64,000 nucleotides of DNA. Origin: the human T2T-CHM13v2.0 reference genome, Homo sapiens. A program made the translations under genes and the position numbers. The first letter of the stretch is position 1. The number at the start of each line of letters is the position of its first letter. Positions 14,393-27,284 of this stretch are shown piece by piece. The stretch is from assembly GCF_009914755.1 (NCBI RefSeq), contig NC_060928.1, one strand, 5' to 3'. The notes beneath the pieces were generated by a model that saw only the letters and a program-made list of their open reading frames with translations, was not told the origin of the DNA and searched no databases.

Positions 14393-15422
14393 AGCACAGA
14401 TTGTTGGTATGTTGGTGATAGTTTGTACAAAATCTTCCGTAACTCAGAATATGTTCTGCAAAACTCCATATTCTCTAAAATTAGTAGGATGAATACCTAT
14501 TCCAGGTTGTTTGAGGTAGTACTAAACATGCTTTCCCCAGAAACTATCCAGTTATTATCCCCTTTCCCTTTAAAAAATGCCCAGGTTAATTTTGTGAATT
14601 ACATGGGCAAACTTACTTATGAGAAAATAATAGAATTAGCACAGCCCACTCAAAATCTCGGCCCTGATAAACAAGAACAGTCATTAAAAAAAAAAAAAAT
14701 GCCAGCACAGTTACATTTCCACTAACATTAGTAGCCAGCATTATAATCAGTCTATCCATTGAAGCCTTAGTCCTTGGGTCTCATGTTTCTCTTTTAGTTA
14801 ATATTTGGCTTCACGTAATCTGATATACACTCTTTCTGTGTGGTTATTTAATAATTCAAAACTAAAATTAAAAATTTACCCTCAAGCTATGATTATCAAA
14901 ATACTTTAGCTATACTTACTGCCATCTATACCAAGGATTTATTAAATAGTATAACGGACATTTGTAAATATTTTTCACTTCTAGGATGAGTAATAAGTTA
15001 GATGTGAATCAGTAAAAGTATTGGGAAGTCACTTCCATGATTATGCAAAGTAGAGAAAACAAAGGATCCCAGGTAAATAGGTCCTCATGCCTGTAATTCC
15101 TATGGGTTATGCGCTGACACTGATTAGAAGGTTCATCAAATTTTGCTGCTAGAGTATTGTTACTTGTGACTCATATCAACCTTCAAGATTTGGGGAAGAC
15201 ACAACACTTGGAATTCATTGAGCCTCTATAATCGTTTTATAATTTTTTTTTTGCCTAAATGACAATAACATTTCCCAGGACAGCAGAATTTATTCTGAGA
15301 GTTGTTTTCATTATAACATATCATCTGACAGTAGGGAGACTGATAACGCTTGCACATGTCCTACAACTGAAGAATTACTACAAAAAGACATCTAATGATT
15401 GTGGATGACCATACTTACATCA

Positions 15423-15833
<411 letters not shown>

Positions 15834-16521
15834 TTAACCTTGATGTTGAACTTCTCAAGGATGCTGTCAGCAAATGGTCAGTCAACAAATAAAGTACGTC
15901 AGACACAAAAACCTTTAATGTATGAGTACATACTAGAAAGAGAAAGGTAATTGTGTAAGTGAAAATATAAATATTAAGGTGGTGGAGGTTTTGTTTGTTT
16001 TCTCCATGAAAGCTGCGCTTAATTGAAAGAAAAGTAGAAGAAATTTAAAAGATACAAATCCTATCACCTAACCCTATGAATGGTGGAGTATAAGAAAATT
16101 AAGAGGTATCATAAAAGAACACCTTTTGAGGCTAGGGCACAAAATGTGTATATTTCAAAGGGATTTTGCTGCAATAAGTGAATATGCTGAGCACAGTGTT
16201 GTATCTTGTGGCACACAGTGGTATTTAACGGTGACTGTGTGGAAAAGAGATGAGATCTGGGTCACAGCCAAGGGAACATAAAGTAATAGTAAGTAAAGTG
16301 CAGCACAGCCATGATAGAAAGTAGTATGCATTCAATTGACTATATGCATGATTATAGGTGTTATCTAGGCACTGTGTTTAAAATGATAATTTAAAATGTT
16401 TGTTTTAAATTGCAGTACAAGAGGAATATGTAATACTTCAATATATCGTCAAGGTAATTATTGCGTAAAATAATGATAGTAAAATGGATTTATTTAACAT
16501 ATGAATTAAATAAGATAATAG

Positions 16522-16877
16522 TGAGGCAGTAAAATAGGTTCTGGGGGCAGGGGACATGAGGCCAATTCACACTTCAGCGGTAACAGGAAATATCCTCTCC
16601 ATAGGGCATACACCGTAAATAACTTTGTAAATTTACTTCATCCTCTCCATTTGCATAGGGTGTACCAGAAGTAACCAATGGAATCCTCTAGGAGGTATTA
16701 AAACTCCCAAAAATTCTGTAACGGGACTTTGAACCCATATGTTCAGGCCCACTCGCACATTGTGGAGTGTACTTTCATTTTCAATAAAACTCTTCATTCC
16801 TTCCTCACTTTGTTTGTGCGTTTTGTCCAAGTCTTTGTTCAAGACGCCAAGAACCTGGACACCCTTCATTATTAACA
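16522..16877 (+). mobile_element. ERV1 solo LTR (MER61A-like)
   Basis: TG...CA termini, perfect 4-bp TSD ATAG, CCAAT, TATA-like tattaaaa, AATAAA; resembles recalled MER61 consensus. Confidence 0.85.
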
Positions 16878-17233
16878 ATAGTACAAGATGAAAGCTATAT
16901 TTAACTGATCTTAAAGGAGGTATTCCAATGAATCAAGTTAGGGCAACACTCGAGTCAGAACAAATATCCAGGGTATTCTTTTGGTGAATGATTAATAAGT
17001 GTAGTTTGGATGTATTTAAGCTGAAGGATCTTGTTGAGGATGGTGGGTAATGAATTTAGCAAAATAAGTGTGACTTATTTGCCTGACAGTGGTTTTCACA
17101 ATAAGTTTTGGGCAGAATGTGGAAATGAATTTTTCCTTCAGCAATATCAAAATGGTATATTTCCAGGTATTTATAATCTTCTTTAGGGGCAGGAGTGGAA
17201 CACTTTTACTCCTGTAGACTCCATGCTCTTCTT

Positions 17234-17412
17234 CTTTTTTAAATATTTATTTAATTTTAAAAATAATTGACACAATAATTGCACATATTTATCAGGTACA
17301 ATGTGATATTTCAATGCATGTATATATTATATAATGGTTAAATTAGGGTGATCACCATATCCATCACTTTTAAAATGTATCTTTCTTTGTAATGACAACA
17401 TTCAAAATCTTT
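17234..17412 (-). mobile_element. L1MA-like 3' end fragment
   Basis: T-rich tail, then aattgacacaataattgcacatatttatcaggtacaatgtgata. Confidence 0.7.
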
Positions 17413-18529
17413 ACTAAACCAATTTTATTTTGCTTGTGTAGACACAACGTGAAAATGATACATTATCTCTTTTTATGTGTTTCTGTACTCAACTTGCTAG
17501 TATTTTTTTTAGATTTCTAGAATCTATATTTGTGAATGAGATTAACCTGTGATTTTCTTTCCTCATACTGTACCTGGCTTGTTTTGTTATCAAAACATAA
17601 AATGTGTTGGTAGTTTTTCCTATTGTTAATCTGCCGGCCAGTGTAATTATTCATATAAGATTAGTGTTTGGATTTATTTGAAACACTATCATAAGTGCCT
17701 TAGCCTATTTTTATTTTAGTAAAAACATTTTAATTTACATTTAAGGACATGTTCATGTCACGTTATTTCTTTTGCAGTTTGAGTAGGTAATAAATATTTT
17801 CTATGTATGTATAGAGAGACGACATAACAAGTTAAATATATATGTATGATTTACTCCAAAATATCAAGCTTATTAAAAGTTTTTACAAATATTATATCTT
17901 ATTACTGTTTAGTATCTTCAGACTCTATGTCTATATTCTTTTACAATATCTAATATTGTTTATTAAGCCATATATACACACACACATATGTATGTCAATC
18001 ATGGTGATTTATTTCCCTATGTGTTTCACAATATGTATGTGTGTGTGTGTATATATGCATATGTGTTTGTCTATATATGTATAAGATGTATAGCTCAGCC
18101 AAAACAGTACTTAAAAGGAGCATTTATATTTGAAATTATATTTTTAAATAAAAGCTAATAAAATATATCTACATAGCTATATTAATAAAATATATTAAAT
18201 AATATATATAAATATATACACACAAATATATCTTTTTCTTAATATTGACAAATATTTGTATAGTTTATTCATCTTTTAGGAACCACTGTTTTAACTTGCT
18301 TGCTCTTCTAATATAAAATTATTCTGGCATGATTTTCAGCTCTTTATTTTTATTATTTTCGTTATTGTATTATTTTTGGTTTTATTATACTGTTCTTTCT
18401 AACTTCCTGTTAAATATTTGGCTCATTTAGTGTGAGCCACTCTAATTTTCTTTTATATCATTTCAAATATAAGTGCTCCTTTAAATGCTCCTTTAGTACT
18501 GTTTTGGCTGAGCTATGTATTTTATACTT

Positions 18530-18642
18530 ATATAGATGAACACACATATATACGCACACACATATATACATACACATATACATATACATACACACATACA
18601 CATATATACACATGTATATAAACACATATATACATGTGTGTA
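18530..18642. repeat. (CA/TA) compound microsatellite
   Basis: Repeated acacatatat-like units. Confidence 0.85.
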
Positions 18643-18972
18643 TCCTTAACAGGCCAAGATATTTCTATTCTATACACTAAGATTTCTAAAGTAATCGGTT
18701 GCTTAAAATGTGTTTTCGATGTATGTTTATGTTCATATACTTTTCAAGCTATATGTAATTGATTCTAATTTAATTGTACTGTGATAAAAATGGCATATAT
18801 AGCACTGTTCCTTTTATTTATTTTTTGAGGCTAGATCATGTTCACTTTTCGTAAGTCATCAAAATGTTTTTGAAAATGCCATCTATTTCCCAATGTCATG
18901 ATGCAATGTACCATATATTTTTATTAAATCAAACTTACTCGCTTTTTATCATTCAGGTCATCTAGATACTTT

Positions 18973-20124
18973 TGAGAGGTGACAACGTGCTAGCAGCCCT
19001 TGCTCGCTCTCTGCTCCTCCTCGGCCTCGGCGTCCGCTCTGGCCGCGCTGGAGGAGCCCTTCAGCCCGCCGCTGCGCTGTGGGGGCCTCTCTCTGGGGCT
19101 GGCAGAGGCCGCAGCCACCGGCTATCTCTGCTGGCGGGGAGGTGTGGAGGAGGAGGCGCGGGCGGGAGCCGAGGCTGCGCCGGTGGCGCTCCCGCCGGCG
19201 CGGGTTCCTGGTGGGCGCAGGCTCAGCGGGCCCCCTACTCTGCGCGGCCAGCCAGCGCCTGCTCAGGGGAGGAGCTCACTCTGGGCTGCTGGAGTGCCCT
19301 GGGCTAGGTGCCGCGAAGTCCAGCAGGGAGTGCCATTGAGAGGTGAAGCCGGCTGGGTCCGGTGGTGACTTGCAGAACTTTTCTGTCTAGCTAAAGGATT
19401 GTAAACGCAGCACTCTGTGTCTAGCTAGAGGTTTGTAAACACACCAATCAGCACTCTGTCAAAACGCACCAATCAGCTCTCTGTAAAATGGACCAGTCAG
19501 CTCTCCGTAACATGGACAATCAGCAGGATGTGGGTGGGGCCAGATAAGGGAAGCAGGCCTCCGAAGCCAGCAGTGGCAACCCACTTGGGTCCCTTTCAAT
19601 GCTGTGGAAGCGTTGTTCTTTCACTCTTCTCAATAAATCTTGCTGCTGCTCACTCTTTGGGTCTGCCCCGCTGTTATGAGCTGTAACACTCACAGCCAGT
19701 GTCTGCAGTTTCACTCCTGAAGCCAGCAAGACCACAAACCCACAGGGCGGGACAAACAACTCCGGACAGGAGGAATGAACAACTCTGGACGCGCCACTTC
19801 TATGAACTTTTATGAACTGTAACACTCACCGCAAAGGTCTGCAGCTTCACCCCTGAGGCCAGGGAGACCACGAACCCACCGGAAGGAATGAACAACTCCA
19901 GACGCACTGCCTTTAAGAGCTGTAACACTTACCACGGATGTCTGCAGCTTCACTCCTGAAGTCAGCGAGACCACAAACCCAACAGAAGGAAGAAACTCCC
20001 GACACATCTGAACATCTGAAGGAACAAACTCTGGACACACCATCTTTAAGAACTGTAACACTCACCGTGAGGGTCAACCGCTTCATTCTTGAAGTCAGCC
20101 AGACCAAGAACCCACCAATTCCGG
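18973..20124 (+). mobile_element. LTR12 (ERV9) solo LTR, long CpG-rich type (LTR12C/D/E-like); 3' terminus not intact
   Basis: Starts tgagaggtgacaacgtgct; GC-rich 5' block; caccaatcag repeats; AATAAA near 19632; repeated ctgtaacactcacc...ctgcagcttcactcctga units; ends cccaccaattccgg without the expected acaca. Confidence 0.93.
19425..19560 (+). promoter_or_regulatory. LTR12 U3 promoter core with tandem CCAAT (NF-Y) boxes and GATA motif
   Basis: caccaatcag twice, degenerate gaccagtcag and ggacaatcag, then gtgggtgggg and agataag; known LTR12 architecture, activity not shown. Confidence 0.6.
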
Positions 20125-21034
20125 TACGTAAAAAAAGCTTGTGCCAGACTGTAAATTAAACCACTGCCTCTTTCATGGAGAATGTCTTAAAATTAACCAA
20201 AAGAAAAAAATTGTAACAGATAAAAGTGTGCTTAGTGAGAGAGAGAGTTCGTTTACATTGTAGCCGAAGCTCCAGAACTTGTTGCAGATTTATAAAGGTT
20301 TGGAGAAAGCATTGGGCGTGGTCCACTCAGTACAGATCATACTTTGAGGATTACTTGGGCAAGTTAGATTTTGCTAACAAACATCCCCAACCTGATGTCT
20401 ACAACAAGGACATGAAGTAATTTAGGGAATAGTAGCATCCATTTCGTGTCATCCTCATTCAGGGATCCAACTTTGGAAGATTTCACTATGGGAAACAATG
20501 AGATGGGAAAAATAGAAAGTAGTGAGTCATGCATTGGGCCATGAAGGCTTTTCTTCAGCAGGGACTCTGCTCTTTTCATGGACTTGCAGTAAATAACACC
20601 AACGTGTTTAACTTCAAGGAAGCAGGAGAGAGAAGTATAGATATTTAGTGACTAACATGAATTACCTTCATGAATGTCATGTTTTTGTAATAGCCAATGG
20701 CTATGTATTTTTTATCTTTCCATTATTGAAGAATATTAAAATCTCCCAATATTAGTACAGTTCTCTATCCAAAACTGTGGGTTTTGAATGTATACATTTT
20801 TCGGACCCTGTATTTGGTGCATCCAAACATAGAATCTGGATAGTTATAAGTGCATACTATGTAGTAAACCTATTTAATTCAAGCATAAATTTTGCTTTAA
20901 AATAATGCGTATTGACATGACAACTCCAGAATTATTATGGTTATTATTTGTCTGCTACATATTTTATATTGTTCTCATATTGTTCCATAATACTTTGAAT
21001 TTTGCTGAGGTTTCACATTTTAAGTGTAAAAGTA

Positions 21035-21163
21035 AATTTAGATGGATTCATTTATTAATAAATAAATGGATTGGATTAATACATCCATTGGATTATTAAT
21101 AAATCCATTGGATTAATAAATAAATAGATGGATTCAATTTAGATGGATTCATTTATTAATAAA
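21035..21163. repeat. 28-bp perfect direct repeat flanking a 73-bp patchwork
   Basis: aatttagatggattcatttattaataaa at 21035-21062 and 21136-21163. Confidence 0.9.
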
Positions 21164-21891
21164 ATGTAATGTCACAAGACTTTCTTTTAGTTTGTGTAGT
21201 TAGTACTTTTTCATTTTTACTAATTTCCCGTTTTTAATTTATTTCTGATATCTTATTTTACAACTTGTATATTTTAAACATCTTTACATTTGCATTCCCC
21301 TTATCTTTTAAAATATTTTTCCGATTTTAATTCCTTCTCTTACTTGAAACATTAACAATTTCAATATTAATTAACCAACGTCTTACACTCCTCTTGGCCA
21401 GATATCAGAATAATTTAGATAACCTACTAAACATTACAAGTTTTCCTAGTCTAGTACTTTAGTTTAAACTTTGTCCTATTAGATATATTATTATGTTAGG
21501 CAGTTATTGTTTATTTAGATTTACCAATGTCATTACTCTTTGTTAAAGCACAGCTTTTCTATTTGAAATCTTTTCCCTCTTCACCCAGAAACTACTTCAG
21601 AAAATGTTCTCTTTTAAATGGGTCTTGCGTATGTATCTGTGTAGTAGGCTTTTACACTTTGTGTAAAAGATGTCTTTCATTCACATTATGTTTTTTTGTA
21701 GGTATTTTCATACTTTTTTTATTTTCTACGTGTTTACTATTTAAGACTATATTTAAACTTCTTAACTCATTTCTTTTCCTGAACCTGATAATTATTGTTT
21801 TCCAACAGTTGTAGAGAATTATCAGAGAATTATCATCAGTTGTCTCCTCAAACAATGCCTCTCATTTTCTAATAATTTCTAATAATTTTAT

Positions 21892-21932
<41 letters not shown>
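21892..21932. repeat. (TA)n(TG)n(CG)n microsatellite
   Basis: tatatatat gtgtgt...gtgcgcgc. Confidence 0.9.
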
Positions 21933-23378
21933 TCCTCATCTTTTTTTACCTGTGTCTCCTATGTCATGTTTTAAATATTTCATCTAGGTTTTTTTTTCCA
22001 TAAACATTATGCGTGAATTTTTCAGTTCTAATTTCTAGTTTGCTTATTTTTTATTAAAATATGCTTAATTCCTTAATCAGATCTTCATTGTTATTTGTTT
22101 TTGTAATTTATAAATCATACTTTTCTATTTTGGAAGTTTTTTTTTAATATTCATTTTACAAGTCTGATACCTGAAATATCTATGTTATGCTTTTGCCATT
22201 TCTTGTTTCTGCTGCTTCTCAATCATGGTGACTTATTTCCCTATGTGTTTCACAATTTCTGTTTTCTATCTGCTTATATCATTTAACCTGAGTTTTTCCG
22301 TATAAGTTTTGCTTAATGTCTGCAAGTTTTTTGTGGTTGCTATCAAATTGGATAAATTTTTAACTGTGTTTCTCACTTAAGATTTTTGATAATACTCAGA
22401 CACCAAGAAATTGGATTGAAAGTTTGCATTTGGGAAAGATTATGATAACCAGTTCTTAGAGACAACTCTTTTTTTCTACTCAGTTTCCTTGCAGAGTGAT
22501 GTTTATTTCTTGTTCCAAGTTATGATGCAGTCCAGCTCTTTGTGGAACCATCTGTGTGCTGCTATATTGTTTTGGATTCCTTAATGCAAAGCCATCCTGG
22601 CCTTATTACTTTCTCTATATTTCATGAGTTCCTTGATAGGAAAACTCCAAGTGTCCAGCATTTTACAGCGACCCTTAGGATAAGGTTCATTGAAGGCGTT
22701 ATTCATAACCTCTGAGTTTCTCATTTTATTTTAAAGCTCAGCATATTCATCATTTTCAAGGAAGCTTGTATTTGTGTTTTAAAATACGTTTTAGTCAGCA
22801 CATTAATTATTTTTGCTGACGGAGTCATTCAGCTCATTTCATTTTTGTTTGCTATTAAATCCATGTCTGTGAATATCTACTGTTACACCAATGAGGTCAT
22901 AAGATATTTGAAGGAATGGGTAGATCTTACATATCCTTTTACCTGTAAACAACATTAGATTTAGCTTTTCTCTCCAACCAATACCAATCCAATTCCTGTT
23001 ACTCCCTCTCCCCAAATAACAATGTAACTACTTGTAGTTTTAAACAAGAGCCATGTTTTCCTTCATTATCTTGCATGTGTTTCTGTCAACATGTCCATTG
23101 TTTTATCTAGAATACTATTCTTCCTTTGTTAAATATAAAAATATACACATATATTTATATGTGTGTATATGTATATTTATATATTTACTGGATTCTTTGT
23201 GCCTAGTACTATCTAATTTATGAGATTACTATACAAATCTTAAACACATACAAAAAGACTTTGCCTTTCATTCTTCTAAGACTATGTTGAAAGAGATGGA
23301 CATTTGGAAACAATCACACCGGTACCAAGAAGAGTATTAAAAAAGGAAAATGATTTTATATTGTGGGATGTAAGAAAC

Positions 23379-24142
23379 TGTTGCAACAATCAATTTGTTG
23401 TTTCCCAGATCGAGATCAACCCTTCTATGTCCTGACTTTAATACAAGAGAAGGACCTTGTAAATATTTCTTCTTTGCCAACTGGTGCAACGTTAGGTCTT
23501 GGAAATGGAGGGCACCAGAAGAACACTGAACGAGGAAGGAACTTCTCTTTGTGGTTGTGATCATTTATTTTATGCTCCCATGGCAAAGTTGGCAGCAGCA
23601 GAGTATTCAAGTCAGGCTCCAGATTCCATGGAAGTTTTCTGTAGGAGACTTAAGGGCACCCAAATTGAAGAAAGTTTTAGCAGTGGCCTTGGAAGAGGAT
23701 TCCCAGTGTGTTTCATCAGTGCGCAGCAGGCAGATTCTCTGAGAGATTTTCCATCACCCAGCAGGTGCCTTTCTAGGGAGGCTCATTGTCAACTTACTCA
23801 GTGGTTTCCTAGAGTTTTCCTTGTACCTGAGTGGGAAGTTTTCTACTTCTCTGTTTCAATCTATGACATCTCAGTAAACATCTTTGATATCTAGTAGGCC
23901 ACACCATACCTTGTTTAATAAAGTTTGAATCTCATTTTTTTAAGTTTGTCTCTTTAGCATTTGTCCTTGACCCTAGAGGTTATAGATTATTCCTTACACT
24001 TGTTATGTCTGTATTCTTTAGCTTTGTCTATGCAGTTTTAGTAGTTAATTAGGTATAGCTAGTTAATAATTCTTCATATTAGATGCTTCTTATTCCATTT
24101 GCTGATACAATTTCTATCTCCTTGATGAAACTGCCCAATACA
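23379..24142 (+). mobile_element. Old ERVL-type LTR (family unresolved)
   Basis: TG start and aataca end; terminal tttctatctccttgatgaaactgcccaataca resembles ERVL LTR ends; AATAAA near 23917. Confidence 0.4.
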
Positions 24143-24574
24143 AAAAGGCACATGACAGCAGAGAGCTCTATTATGCTCTGGATATGAAGCATAAATTAAA
24201 AAGATTACTCAATTGATCTTGTAGGATTTTGATTTTGGAGTAACAACATCCTACTTATCCTTATACCTGAAATTAATAAAATAGGATATAGAAATATATA
24301 TGTATATATATATGAAGTAATATATTTCAGCATATTAGGCATCGATCAATGGAAAACAGCAATCCTTGAAACACTGGGAACAAATCACACTCTACCTTAA
24401 TCCCAGGTCACTTCAAAGCTATAGCACATGGAAGGGAAAACAAAGTGGAGCTTATTAGCTGCCCTGAGTTCACGTGATAACTCTGAGAACTCAGAGAAAG
24501 CCAAGTGGGTAGAATATGCAGGGCAAAGTATCAAAGAGAAGAGAGGTGCACAGAGAAAAAAACTGAAAAATAGT

Positions 24575-24670
24575 TCTCCCCCTCTTTTCTCCTCTTTCTC
24601 CTCCTTCTCATCCTCCTTCATCTTTTCGTCATCCTCATCTTCTTCTTTTACTTTGTCCTTTTCTTCTTCA
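24575..24670. repeat. CT-rich low-complexity tract
   Basis: Repeated tcc/tct/ttc triplets; explains the acidic and Ser-rich ORFs at 24397-24763. Confidence 0.85.
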
Positions 24671-25070
24671 AAAGAAGATACAATCGTCCCAGTATCATTT
24701 GCTGAAAAGATTATCCACACATTACTGAGTTGCCTTTGTACATTTGCAAAAAATGATATGTGAACACAAATGTGGATCTATTTCTGAACTCTGTATTCAT
24801 CCTACTTGATCTATCTTATGGCCAGCACCACAAGCTCTCAGTCACTGCAGCTTTATAACAAGTCTGTCTAAAGCTTTCTTCTTTCTCAAAGTTACTTTGG
24901 CTAATGAATGTCCTTTCCATTCCATGTGAATTTTATAATCAGCCATTTGTCAGGGCATAAGGTGTTAATTGGTCAATTAGGGCAATGAGCCAAATGGAAA
25001 GTAACAAAACTTTATTCACTTACTACAATAGTACAGGAAAGAAAGAGACAGAGAAAAAAAGGATTGTTTC

Positions 25071-26464
25071 TTTTTTTTCTTTTTAATTTTTATTTTACAT
25101 TTGGGGGTACATGTGAAGGTGTGTTGCATATATAAACATGTGTCATGGGAGTTTGTTGTGCTTATTATTACATCACACAGGTATTAAGCTCAGTACCCAA
25201 TAGTTATCTTTTCAGCTTCTCTCCCGTCACCCGCTAGTGTCAAGTAGACCCCAGTGTCTGTTGAATCTTTCTTTGTATTCATAAGTTCCTATTATTTAGG
25301 TCTCATTTATAAATGAGAACATTCAATATTTGGATTTCTGTTTCTGTGTGAGTTTGCTAAGGATAATAATCTCCAGCTTCATCCATGTTTCTACAAAAGA
25401 CAAGATCTTATTCTTTTTTATGGCTGCATAATATTCCATGGTGTGTATGTACCACATTTTCTTTATCCAGTGTGGGCAGTTAAGTCGATTCCATGTCTTT
25501 GCTATTGTGAATATTGCTGCAATTAACATGCGTGTGCGTGTGTCTTTATGGTAAAATGTTTTATATTCTTCTCGTTATATACCCAGTAATGGGATTGCTG
25601 AGTTAAATGGTAATTCTGCTTTTATCTCTTTGAGGATTTGCCATACTGCTTTCCACAATGGTTGAATTAATTTACACTCCCACCAACAGTATGTAAGGGT
25701 TCCCTTTTCTCTGCAACCTTGCCAGCATCTGTTGTTTCTTGGCTTTTTAATAATTGCCATGCTGACCGGTGTGAGATGATATATCTCATTGTGGTTTTGA
25801 TTTGCATTTCTCTAATGATCAGTGATGCTGAGCTTTTTTTCATGTTTTTTTGCCACATACATGTCTTCTTTTAGGAAGTGTCTGTTCATGTGTTTTGTCC
25901 ACTTTTTAATGGGGTTGTTTTTCTCTTGTAAATTTGTTTATGTTCCTTACAGATGCCGGGTATTAGACCTTTGTCAGATGCATAGTTTGCAAAAATTTTC
26001 TCCCATCCTGTAGGTTTTCTGCTTACTCTGTTGATAGTTTCTTTTGCTGTGCAAAAACTCTCAAGTTTAATTAGATCCCATTTGTCAAATTTGCTTTTGT
26101 TGATTGCTTTTTTTATCTTTGCCAAATCTTTGCCTGTTCCTAGGTCCTGGATGGGATTGCCTATGCTGTCTTCTGGGGTTTTTATAGTTTTGTGATTTAT
26201 ATTTAAGTCTTTAATCCATCTCGAGTTAATTTTTACTTATGGTGTAAGGAAGGAGTCTAGCTTCAATTTTCTGCATATGGCTAGCCAATTATCCCAGCAC
26301 CATTTATTGAATATGGAGTCTTTTCCCCATTGTTGTTTTTGTCAGCTTTGTCAAAGATCAGATGGTAGTAGATGTATGGCCTTATTTCTGGGCTCTCTAT
26401 TATGTTCCATTGGTCTATGTGCCTGTTTTTTTTTTATATATTTTTTTAACAGTACCATGCTGTT
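25071..26464 (-). mobile_element. 5'-truncated L1 (L1PA13-16-like), 1.4 kb
   Basis: ORF2 C-terminal peptides ([33 protein letters not shown]), 3'UTR and T tail; 9-bp TSD gattgtttc (25062-25070 / 26465-26473). Confidence 0.92.
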
Positions 26465-27284
26465 GATTGTTTCCCTAATGCTTCATTTTTCCCAATAGAA
26501 TGACACTGGACAAGGTTCTGTCAGATGACATGAAGCCCAGGAGCGGGGAATAGAATCATCTCCCTGCTGAAAAGCCCTACATACAAGGCTCCTTCTGCAT
26601 TATGAATCCAGGAATAGGACAGGTGAGGGAGAGGAAGAAGGGCTAGGAGTGGAAAAGTACTGACTAAGATTGGAGGAAAAAAGTATCTTAGTCAAGTCTA
26701 CAATCACCCCTCAACAAGACCTTCTTTGAGGTTCTTGAAAAGCCTTCAGCCAAAGATTCACAACAAGGAGACCTCCAACAGGAATCTCCTAGGCTAAGAA
26801 TGCAGAAATACATATGAGCATGGCTGTACTGGTGGATGCCTTAGTGCTTGACTGTAACTCTCTCCAGAAAAGTAAAATGCACTGGCTGTGCACCAAGTCT
26901 GATGAGGAGGGCAACTTTCCCTATGAGGCCTACCAGTAAAGTCTTTGAAATTGCCTAATTGCAAAGGTCAGGCCTAAAGTATCACACATAGGATTCTGCC
27001 CCAGAACCAGACTCTTCAACTCTGCCACTTGATTCTTCAGAGCCTGAGCCTGAAGCATAGGCTACCTCATAGGAATCAAAACAGTTCAATTTAAGGGACT
27101 ATAATTACACTAGTTAATTTTTCTCAGACAACAGTTAATGACCAGAATGATGACTAAACTTTAAGTAGGGTAATCAGACATGCCATGGAAGAGTGAATAT
27201 AGCCATAAGTTCCAGTCATTATTAAGTCAGAAAAAGATGTCCCAAAGCCCAATAGAATCTATTCTAGAGATCCAAGAGACCAAT

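Larger units (their letters stand above)
17480..22830 (-). mobile_element. Very old fragmented L1M hosting microsatellites and LTR12
   Basis: T-rich strand with degenerate antisense L1 motifs (tctatatttgtgaatgagatt, gtaattgattctaatttaattg, ttaaaatctccca); boundaries approximate. Confidence 0.5.

Noticed and set aside
18972-20159. GC-rich overlapping ORFs as a gene first exon
   Set aside because: All lie within LTR12; stop-poor because of GC content
24397-24763. Acidic/Ser-rich ORFs on both strands
   Set aside because: Translation of a CT-rich low-complexity tract and adjacent L1 remnant
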